DNA of 32,009 nucleotides, taken from contig JABCOY020000037.1 of NCBI GenBank assembly GCA_013333375.2, positions 1 through 32,009 on the forward strand, written 5' to 3'. Source of the DNA: Candidatus Saccharimonadota bacterium. Its GTDB lineage: Bacteria > Patescibacteriota > Saccharimonadia > Saccharimonadales > Saccharimonadaceae. This document shows positions 1-7,731 of this stretch, piece by piece. Each line of letters starts with the position of its first letter. Within the stretch, counting starts at the first letter, position 1. The position numbers and the translations under genes are program-made. The notes under the pieces were generated by a model that saw nothing but the letters and a program-made list of their open reading frames with translations, did no database searches and was not told the DNA's origin.

Positions 1-1742
1 CGACCACGCAACTGATGAAGCTGAGCTAAACCATAGCGATCAGCATTAAGAATCACAATCTGAGTGGCATTTGGTACATCCACACCCACCTCCACCACAG
101 TGGTAGAGACTAAAATTTGGGTTTTCTTATCCTTAAAATCCTGCATCACCTGATCTTTTTCGGCAGGCTTTAATTTACCATGCAAGATACCGATTTGATA
201 TTTACTAAACTGTTTCTGCATAAGTTTCGCAGTTTCTAGCACAGTGCGCGATTTATCTTCCTCGGAAATAGCCTCGTCAATTAAGCGACAAATTATGTAA
301 ACTTGTTCCCCGGCGGCGAGATGTTCAGCTAGCTCTGGATAAATTACGTCCTTAAGATTTAATTCATTGTAGATACGAGTTTTGATCGGTGTACGACCCT
401 TCGGCATTTGGTTGATTATCGAAATATCGAGGTCGCCAAAAATCGTGAGTTGCAGAGAACGCGGAATCGGCGTAGCGGTCATGGCGAGAAAATGTGGGGA
501 AATTTGCTGAAAATCCGGATTTTGATTCTGAAAGGATTTTTCCAAAAGATGTTGGCGCTGCAAGACACCAAAACGATGCTGTTCATCGATGATACAAAGA
601 CCGAGACTGGAAAAAGTGGTATCGTCGGTCAGAATAGCGTGAGTGCCAATCACGAGATCAATTTCGCCAGACTTGATCGCGGCTTTTACACTGTTTTTGT
701 CCTTGGTGGCACTGATTAGCAGGGTAGTTTTCACACCGAGCGGCTGCAAGATTTTAGATAAACCTTCATAATGTTGCGTGGCCAAAATAGCCGTCGGAGC
801 CAGAATAGCCACTTGGGCGCCGTTTTTAATCGCTTGATAAGCGGCAATAGCCGAAACAATAGTTTTGCCTGAGCCGACATCACCCTGAAGCAGGCGGTTC
901 ATCGGATGAGTTTTTTCAAGGTCCTTCAGAATCTGCCAAGTCACGCGCTTTTGGGCGTCGGTTAGCTCAAAAGGGAGAGTCTTAAGGAGTTGTTTAATAT
1001 CGATGAGGTTAAATTTGAGCGATTTGGCATTTAATTTGGAAACTTCGTTTTGATTCAGCTTGGAAGCTAAAATTAATTCAAATAATTCTTCGTAACCGAG
1101 GTAGGTGCGGGCTTTTTCGACTTCTTGCTCGGACTCGGGAAAATGCATATTAAAAAGAGCTTGGTTACGAGTGAGCTTGGTGAGAGTTATCGGAATAGCT
1201 TGCGAAGGTAAAAGTTCGGGGATTTGGTAAAAGAACGGGCGAAGTTTAGCAAAAATTCGACGATACCAGGCGGAATTATAGCGACCACTACCAGAATAAA
1301 TCGGCTGAAAACCTCCATCCTGCTTAGACTCCTCCACCTCAGAGGCCAGGACTGCAGTGGGCGCTGTGAGTTGATAGCGGTTATACTTAAAATCATACTC
1401 ACCGGTAAAATAATATTCGGTGTCTTCCTTAAAATTCTTGATGCGGTAGGCCTGATTATACCAAACCACGCGAAGCGCCCCAGTTTCATCAAAAATCTCA
1501 CCCTGAGTAATGGTAAAATTACGGCGACGAGTATGGATGTTACGCAAGCCACGAATTTTTCCTCTCACTACCACCTTGCCGGGGCGAATTTCGGAAATTT
1601 TAGTGTAGGCCGCATAATCTTCATATTTGCGCGGAAAATAATAAAGTAAATCCTTAAAAGTCTGAAAGCCATGAGCGGCGAGGGCTTCGGCGGTTTTGGG
1701 GCCGACACCCTTAATCTCACCTAGACTCGAGTTCAATTGCAT
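1..1742 (-). CDS. recG: ATP-dependent DNA helicase RecG (3' end runs off the left edge; not in the ORF track)
   Basis: Manual translation from ATG at 1742 gives MQLNSSLGEIKGVGPKTAEAL...DLLYYFPRKYEDY, then PMNRLLQGDVGSGKT (Walker A), IIDEQHRFGV (DExH) and MTATPIPRSL. The ATG overlaps the trmD stop (TAATG). Confidence 0.97.
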   Translation of the reverse strand, partial: MQLNSSLGEIKGVGPKTAEALAAHGFQTFKDLLYYFPRKYEDYAAYTKISEIRPGKVVVRGKIRGLRNIHTRRRNFTITQGEIFDETGALRVVWYNQAYRIKNFKEDTEYYFTGEYDFKYNRYQLTAPTAVLASEVEESKQDGGFQPIYSGSGRYNSAWYRRIFAKLRPFFYQIPELLPSQAIPITLTKLTRNQALFNMHFPESEQEVEKARTYLGYEELFELILASKLNQNEVSKLNAKSLKFNLIDIKQLLKTLPFELTDAQKRVTWQILKDLEKTHPMNRLLQGDVGSGKTIVSAIAAYQAIKNGAQVAILAPTAILATQHYEGLSKILQPLGVKTTLLISATKDKNSVKAAIKSGEIDLVIGTHAILTDDTTFSSLGLCIIDEQHRFGVLQRQHLLEKSFQNQNPDFQQISPHFLAMTATPIPRSLQLTIFGDLDISIINQMPKGRTPIKTRIYNELNLKDVIYPELAEHLAAGEQVYIICRLIDEAISEEDKSRTVLETAKLMQKQFSKYQIGILHGKLKPAEKDQVMQDFKDKKTQILVSTTVVEVGVDVPNATQIVILNADRYGLAQLHQLRG

Positions 1743-2428
1743 TAAAGATTGCCCTGGTCGACTGGGCGACTATGAGCTTTGCGCCATTCAGCGATTTTGG
1801 CATGGTGGCCAGAAAGCAACACCTCTGGAACTTGCATACCGCGAAAATCGGCTGGCTTAGTGTATTGTGGATACTCAATAGTGTTTTCTTCGGAAAAACT
1901 TTCGATAATAGCAGAGTTTTCCCCACCAAGCACCCCTGGAAGTAACCGCACGATACTATCGATCACGATCAGCGCTGGCAACTCACCACCGGTCAAGACG
2001 AAATGACCGAGCGAAATCTTATAATCAACGATAGTTAAAATGCGTTCATCGTAGCCTTCGTAATGTGGACAAAGAATGATATAGTGATTTTCTTCACCGC
2101 TATTGATGCGCTCGACAAAATTACGCACAATTCCCTGATGCCAGGTTTGGCCGGCTGGAGTCGGCAAGATAACCTTAGCGTTTGGACTGTTTTTCTTCAC
2201 ACTTTCGATAGCATTGAAGACTGGCTCACACATTAGAAGCATACCATCGCCACCACCGTAAGGAGTGTCGTCGACAGATTTATGCGCACCGAGGCCAAAT
2301 TCACGCAGATCCACAAAATCAAATTCCGCAATCCCCTTCTCCTTAGCCTTCCACATCATGGAGGTATTTAGGTATGGATTAAGAGCGTCAGAAAATAATG
2401 AAATAATGGTAAATTTAACCTTAGACAT
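1742..2428 (-). CDS. trmD: tRNA (guanine-N1)-methyltransferase TrmD
   Basis: Motifs VDDTPYGGGDGM, HYEGYDER, SLGHFVLTGGELPA, EYPQYTKP, VPEVLLSGHH. Start moved from 2446 to ATG 2428 because the 6 extra codons encode a TG-C-TATAAT promoter element. Confidence 0.97.
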   Translation of the reverse strand: MSKVKFTIISLFSDALNPYLNTSMMWKAKEKGIAEFDFVDLREFGLGAHKSVDDTPYGGGDGMLLMCEPVFNAIESVKKNSPNAKVILPTPAGQTWHQGIVRNFVERINSGEENHYIILCPHYEGYDERILTIVDYKISLGHFVLTGGELPALIVIDSIVRLLPGVLGGENSAIIESFSEENTIEYPQYTKPADFRGMQVPEVLLSGHHAKIAEWRKAHSRPVDQGNL

Positions 2429-2529
2429 AAGTCTATTATAGCACATTTACAAATATCGATTTTCATGGCATAATATTAGAGTCGGAGCCGTGAATGCGGT
2501 TAGTTCTTTCACAGAAAGGTTGGTGTAAA

Positions 2530-3153
2530 ATGTCAGGGATAAAACGACAAATTAAAGAGTTGCAAGATAAGGTAAAACTTCAGAGAGATGAGTTAGAACC
2601 ACGTCGGGCGGAATTAGAAAAAATACTAAGAACTGCCCACCAGAATTTGAGGAATGCCGAAGAGGCGGAACGAACCTGTTTTTCCGCTCTACTAGAATTG
2701 AAGAAGCAAAATCGAGAATTTCTGCAAGAAAAATTGATGGAGCAACTGGATTATCAACAGCGCTCCGATCAGATTGAAGATGAAATCTCGATGTTGACTA
2801 GGAGGCTCAAATTTATTGATTCAACGATAGTTTTTCGAAGCAAGTATGAATTCAGCAGGGTTGATTCTCTAAAAACTGAACGAGAGACGTTGGTCAATAA
2901 GATTGATGCGCTTAAAGAGGAGAAAAATAACCTTGACGCCGGGCATGAAAGAGAGATGATGAAGTATCGGGTTTCTCCAGAGTGTGATTTATCCAAAAAG
3001 TATCTGGATTTAATTGAGGTAACCAATGGAGCTTCGAAAAGATTTCATGAGGTACTCGATGAAATAGAAACATTAAGGTATACTTTTAACGCTCTAAATA
3101 ATGCATTTTCAGAATTGGATAAAGTATTTGAATTAGGGGTTGCCGATTTTTAA
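2530..3153 (+). CDS. Hypothetical coiled-coil protein A (~207 aa)
   Basis: Long ORF rich in E/K/L/Q with heptad-like periodicity and no hydrophobic segment. ATG 2530 preferred over 2494 because AGAAAGGTTGG (SD-like) precedes it. Confidence 0.8.
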   Translation: MSGIKRQIKELQDKVKLQRDELEPRRAELEKILRTAHQNLRNAEEAERTCFSALLELKKQNREFLQEKLMEQLDYQQRSDQIEDEISMLTRRLKFIDSTIVFRSKYEFSRVDSLKTERETLVNKIDALKEEKNNLDAGHEREMMKYRVSPECDLSKKYLDLIEVTNGASKRFHEVLDEIETLRYTFNALNNAFSELDKVFELGVADF

Positions 3154-3217
3154 GTCTTTAGTCGGTTAAACACGAAAACATGTGTAAATTGTATGATTTT
3201 TTAGAAAGGTGGGTACT

Positions 3218-3970
3218 ATGAATCAAAAACAAAGCGGTTTTAAAAACACAAATTGCAATATGGGAATTAAAGAGCTGGAAGCTCGTGAAAATGCCTTGCA
3301 GGAAGAAATGGAGCCGAGGCGAAATGCATGTCTGGAGGCTTCACAGAAATTCAATGCGCTCATGGAGGATTACCAAAATTTGTCCTCTAAGATTAGCTTC
3401 CTGACGGAGGAACAGTCAAAGGTGCGCGAAGAGGTTAATCGTATGTCAGACAAGGCATCTAATAACGGTTTTTACAATCCACAGCATCTAGAAATGTTAC
3501 TAGAATCGAATGGTGCTGCCAAAGCCATGAACGAAAACCTCAAGGAAGAAAACGTATTTCTGACTGATCTGGTTAAATATCTAAGAGATGACCTAGGCGT
3601 GATTAGCACGCCTGGTCCGACCGGAGAGATTAGTCCATGTTCAAAAATTTTAAATGAACTGGAGGCGCGACTCAGCAAAAATCTATCTAACCAATCCGAA
3701 TTGGTGATAGACCGGATGAATGTAGAAGCGGAAATTTACGAAGAGCGACAAAAACCGCGATACAATGAGCTTAATCAGCTAAAGCGGACTCTTGATCTTT
3801 TCGACACAAACATGGAAGATTACCGGGAAAAGCATGCCGAGTTGACGCAAGCTAAAGATAAAGCGGAGGTTGAGCTTAATAAGGCACAGCAGGAACTAAG
3901 CGATTTGATCGACGAAGAAAAATCTGTCGGCAAATCACTGAAGAAGCTTCGCGCGGCTAAAAACTCTTAA
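3218..3970 (+). CDS. Hypothetical coiled-coil protein B (~250 aa)
   Basis: E/K/L/N-rich helical ORF; AGAAAGGTGG precedes ATG 3218; shares IKEL-x9-E-x-EPRR with protein A. Confidence 0.8.
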   Translation: MNQKQSGFKNTNCNMGIKELEARENALQEEMEPRRNACLEASQKFNALMEDYQNLSSKISFLTEEQSKVREEVNRMSDKASNNGFYNPQHLEMLLESNGAAKAMNENLKEENVFLTDLVKYLRDDLGVISTPGPTGEISPCSKILNELEARLSKNLSNQSELVIDRMNVEAEIYEERQKPRYNELNQLKRTLDLFDTNMEDYREKHAELTQAKDKAEVELNKAQQELSDLIDEEKSVGKSLKKLRAAKNS

Positions 3971-4005
3971 GTTGACTCGTTTCAACACCAACTAATCTAT
4001 TTTTC

Positions 4006-4032
4006 AAAAGGTCAGCTTTGCTGGCCTTTTTT
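4006..4032 (+). terminator. Intrinsic terminator after the coiled-coil gene pair
   Basis: AAAAGGTCAGC-TTT-GCTGGCCTTTT stem-loop (one U-G pair) ending in T6, 35 nt after the stop at 3970. Confidence 0.8.
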
Positions 4033-4105
4033 AGGTTCCACAAAACTAAATTTTCTGGATTTTGAGGAATTTTTGCGCGGGTAACTAAATTCTTATGTTT
4101 TTCTC

Positions 4106-4134
4106 TTGACATTAGAGAGCATAACCTATATGAT
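4106..4134 (+). promoter_or_regulatory. Near-consensus sigma70 promoter driving an ORF-less transcript
   Basis: TTGACA (4106-4111), 17-bp spacer, TATGAT (4129-4134); predicted start site ~4141. Confidence 0.8.
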
Positions 4135-4140
4135 AAACAT

Positions 4141-4284
4141 AAGCTGATACGCTTCACAGGGTTCCATTATGCAATTAGTGGAGTGTGGAGATTTCATTAA
4201 AAACAAAAATACGGATTAAAACAAACCAATGTGCCCTAGGGTGGGCGCGCATCAGCAAAAATATCCTCGCGAGAGGATATTTTT
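4141..4284 (+). ncRNA. Candidate structured small RNA (~115-nt body plus terminator), family unknown
   Basis: Own promoter and terminator; 5' GCTGATACGC (4143-4152) complements 3' GCGCATCAGC (4247-4256); internal hairpins and an A-rich linker; no credible ORF. Confidence 0.65.
4257..4284. terminator. Bidirectional intrinsic terminator (candidate sRNA / obgE)
   Basis: Perfect 12-bp stem AAAAATATCCTC-GCGA-GAGGATATTTTT, with a GNRA loop on the + strand and T-tracts on both strands. Confidence 0.88.
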
Positions 4285-4351
4285 CTTGGGTTTAAGATAT
4301 GGTGACTGTTTTGAGTCCATGACCGACAGATTAAGCGGCCATATTATTTTC

Positions 4352-5680
4352 TTAGTAATCCTCTACGAGGGTAAAACGCTTGCCGGAAATTTCAATAATC
4401 GAGTCGGCTTTGGCGCCACGAGTAGTAAGTTCAGCACGGATGCCAAGTTTTTTCATAATATCACGCAGGCGGTTAACCGAAGCGTAATTCGAAAGATCGG
4501 TGCGACGAGCAAATTTTTCAATTTTTTCGCCGGTGACATGATAGACACCTTTTTCATCCTGTGTAACCTGCCAGGCTTTCTTTAGCTCATGATGACTGAG
4601 CGAGATAGTTGGGATTTCCGATTCTTGATGTGAAATAACCGCAGTTTTAAATTCAACTGGTTTAGCGCCAATTTGCTCGGCGGTGATTTCCTGCTGTTTT
4701 TGATTCTCTTTCACAGCTAAGAGCAGAGCGCGAAGTAGGTCGTCGAGGTTTTTCTTAGCTACGGAAGAAATGGCAAAAATTTTAGCCTCTGGATTGATTT
4801 CGAGAATTGCCTGTTTTTGCATTTGAATAATTTCATCGTCGAGACCTTCACATTTGGTCAGCGCGACCACTTCGAAGCGATTTTTGAGGTCTGAATATTT
4901 CTCCAATTCGTGACGAATCGTGCGATAAGCCTCACCGGCATCATCCTGATAAACATCGATCAAATGCAATAAGACAGCGGTGCGGTCGACATGGCGCAAG
5001 AAATCATGACCGAGACCACGGCCATCACTAGCGCCTTCGATAAGACCTGGAATATCTGCAATCAAGAGGTCGTGGCGGTCGATAGTAGCCACACCGAGAT
5101 TTGGCGTAAGGGTGGTAAAAGCATAATCAGCAATTTCTGGCTTTGCATTAGTCACACTAGCCAGAAAGGTAGATTTACCAGCATTTGGAAGACCCACGAG
5201 ACCCACATCAGCAAGAAGTTTTAGTTCAATTTCCGCCTCAAAGGCCTCACCCGGTTCACCGACTTCGGCAATCACTGGAGTTTGGCGCACGCTGGACTTA
5301 AAGTGAGCGTTACCAAAACCACCATCGCCACCTTTAGCGATGACCGCCTGCATACCATCTTCAGTGAGATCGGCAATAACCCGACCATCACGTTTTACGA
5401 CGGTGCCGACTGGCACTTCGACAATGAGGTTCTTACCAGAGCGACCGTTACTGCGAGTGCCGGAACCATTGCCGCCGTCTGGGGCGGTGAGGATTGGATT
5501 AAAACGAAAATCAATTAAAGTATTCGTATCTTTATCGGCTTGGAAGATGATAGAGCCACCTTTACCACCGTTACCACCATCTGGGCCACCCTTGTTAATG
5601 TAAATTTCATGGCGAAAAGAGACGGCACCATCGCCACCTTTTCCAGCTTTCAAACTCACTTTTGCCGTATCACAGAACAT
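4352..5680 (-). CDS. obgE: GTPase ObgE/CgtA with C-terminal OCT-type domain
   Basis: Gly-rich Obg fold (GGPDGGNGGKGG), G1 GLPNAGKST, G2 YAFTT, G3 DIPG, G4 TKCE, and a C-terminal VTGEKIEKF...LGI...LTTRGAK domain. Confidence 0.97.
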   Translation of the reverse strand: MFCDTAKVSLKAGKGGDGAVSFRHEIYINKGGPDGGNGGKGGSIIFQADKDTNTLIDFRFNPILTAPDGGNGSGTRSNGRSGKNLIVEVPVGTVVKRDGRVIADLTEDGMQAVIAKGGDGGFGNAHFKSSVRQTPVIAEVGEPGEAFEAEIELKLLADVGLVGLPNAGKSTFLASVTNAKPEIADYAFTTLTPNLGVATIDRHDLLIADIPGLIEGASDGRGLGHDFLRHVDRTAVLLHLIDVYQDDAGEAYRTIRHELEKYSDLKNRFEVVALTKCEGLDDEIIQMQKQAILEINPEAKIFAISSVAKKNLDDLLRALLLAVKENQKQQEITAEQIGAKPVEFKTAVISHQESEIPTISLSHHELKKAWQVTQDEKGVYHVTGEKIEKFARRTDLSNYASVNRLRDIMKKLGIRAELTTRGAKADSIIEISGKRFTLVEDY

Positions 5681-5726
5681 ATTAGAGATATTTTAATATA
5701 TTTTGGTGGAAAAATACAGCATAAGG

Positions 5727-5748
5727 GGAAAGAATATCGCATGCCTTT
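5727..5748. repeat. Left arm of a 22-bp inverted repeat flanking LRR gene 1
   Basis: GGAAAGAATATCGCATGCCTTT; the reverse complement of 7710-7731 is GGAAAGAATGTCGCATGCCTTT (21/22 identical). Confidence 0.85.
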
Positions 5749-5751
5749 AGC

Positions 5752-7666
5752 CTATGGTTTTCGGGTGAAGTAGCCTGGGCGGCCATGAGCGGGGTCGTCG
5801 ATACGTAGTCCGTCTAGATTAACGAGATCTGGGTTTCCCCAGTAGGTACCTTCGCCACCTCGGAGACTAAACCTACGATGAAAAATCTCATAATTAGCGG
5901 TTAAATGTGATTGACTGTATTGTTTTGCTACACTTACGTCGAAATCATTAGAAGTGAAAATCTTTTGGAGCTCACAAACTTGACCATTATCACATAAAAA
6001 CATTCGACTAAAATCTTTAACTTTGGGTGTGGTAAATGATGATAAATCTAAGATTTGAACATTAGAGACACTACCAAACATACCAGCCATAGTTTCGACA
6101 TTTTGTGTATTGAAATTCGAAACATCAATACCAGTAGAGCCACAACCATAAAACATGTCGGACATATTCGTGACATTTCTAGTATCAAAATGACTTAAAT
6201 TCAATGTAGGAATCCTCAAAGTAAACGCAAACATACTGTTCATATCCTTAACATTTTCGGTGTTAAAGCTTTGAATATTGAGGTTTTTTAGATTAGACAT
6301 ACCGTAAAACATATAAGATAAGTCCGTGGCAACTTGAGTATTAAAGTTCGAGAGATTTAAATTTTGAATATTTGAATCCCCAAGGAACATACGGGAGAAA
6401 TCCGTAACTTTTGAAGTATCGAACCGTGAAACATCTAGGTTTTGAACTTGTTTTAGGTTGTAGAACATACCACTCATATCACGTACTTTCGATGTACGGA
6501 AATTTGCGATATCGAGAGTGGGAAGATTAATCAGCCCGCCAAGCATATCGCGCATGTCTTCCACGTTTTCCGTATTGAAGTTAGAAATATTTAGACTAGT
6601 AAGACTTAGTAAGGCTTCGAGCATGCGAGCCATACTAGTAACTTTAGTGGTATCAAAATTAGAAAGGTTTAAAGAAGTTAAATCTTTACAATACTTGAAC
6701 ATTTGAGACATATCGGTGACTTCACTGGTTTCAAACGAAGCTAATTCTATATCCTTAACCTTGGTAAACCATAGGAACATACTAGATGAATCCGGTGCAA
6801 GATGAATTTTTTCGGCAGCAGAATAATAATAAATTGTCTTTTCGGAAGAATCAAACCAGGCTTTAATTTCATAATCTGAGTTATTTGGATCCTCAATATT
6901 GATTGCTACCATGGAAGCTGCGGGAGCCACGAGACTATGCTTAATATGCTCGACATTATCCTTATTTTTGAGATTACAATTTTGCCCCGTAACTGGATCG
7001 ATATGACAGGTTTGATTCAGATCAAGCGCACCCACGCGCTGATTAAAATCCGGACCATTCGTCATAATAGCACGCATCGTGTATGGATTAGAAACAAAAG
7101 ACAGAATCAGTTTGTTCGTATAATTCCCTGATTCTAGATTTTCCGCTAATTTCATGCCGATACTTAGCTGGTTAGATTCATTGCCGTTTGTTTTTCCTGC
7201 CGTCTGCAAGATTTGCGCTGGAGTAGAGAGAGCTGGAATCGGCGCATAGTTTGAAGACACCCCAAACTTATAACCCCAAGTATTATTTGGCAGATTATTC
7301 AGCGTCAAGTTTGTACTGATAGAATCGATTTTCGCACCCACAGCAGAACTCGCATTAGTTAGTGCGGTATTATCCGTTTCGGCACTCAATGTGGCGATGT
7401 AACCAGTGCGGTTATTTGTATTTACTATAAAATTAAACGGAATCTCCGTGGTCTTATCGGTGGAGTTTATCACTTGGTTGCCATTCACTTGCAGATTGGC
7501 TTGGTCAACGGAGGCAGATAAAGTCGGAACGAAAAGAGCGGAAGTATTGATGCTTAGAATAATATTTGAAAAAGAAATTAACACCAAAAATAAACCGAGA
7601 AACTTTAATTCCCGTCTAAACCACCCCCCCCGTGAGGTTCGGCAGTTGTGATTTTTGGCCTTGCAT
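5752..7666 (-). CDS. BspA/DUF285-type LRR surface protein 1, frameshifted in a G8 tract within the signal-peptide region (main open frame 5752-7587)
   Basis: Ten ~26-aa LxLSxFxTxxVTxMxxMF repeats and C-terminal GRPGYFTRKP. The probable true ATG at 7666 shares 47 identical bp with the start region of LRR gene 4. As written it reads MQGQKSQLPNLTGGVV*; removing one G restores a 637-aa protein whose N-terminus is collinear with LRR gene 5. Confidence 0.88.
7624..7631 (-). repeat. Poly-G8 simple sequence repeat (candidate phase-variation switch)
   Basis: C8 on the + strand, the longest G/C homopolymer I saw in the window. ATG 7666 is 79 nt (3n+1) from the main frame. Confidence 0.7.
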
Positions 7667-7709
7667 ATATATCTATTTTACCATAAACATAATAACTTTT
7701 ATGACCGAA

Positions 7710-7731
7710 AAAGGCATGCGACATTCTTTCC
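7710..7731. repeat. Right arm of the 22-bp inverted repeat flanking LRR gene 1
   Basis: AAAGGCATGCGACATTCTTTCC, immediately 3' of the LRR gene 2 stop codon (shares its last base). Confidence 0.85.

Noticed and set aside
408..1649. ORF-track entries 408-719, 1187-1552 and 1224-1649
   Set aside because: They are shadow or alternate frames of recG, which the track missed because it runs off the window edge.
2490..2528. 12-codon GTG-initiated uORF ahead of coiled-coil gene A
   Set aside because: GGAG is only 2 nt from the GTG and there are no attenuator features.
4169..4219. 16-codon ORF MQLVECGDFIKNKNTD inside the candidate sRNA
   Set aside because: There is no convincing SD and the start is within a predicted hairpin; it cannot be fully excluded without ribosome profiling.
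4229..4585. 118-aa plus-strand ORF downstream of the 4106 promoter
   Set aside because: It has no SD, runs through a strong terminator and overlaps obgE in antisense.
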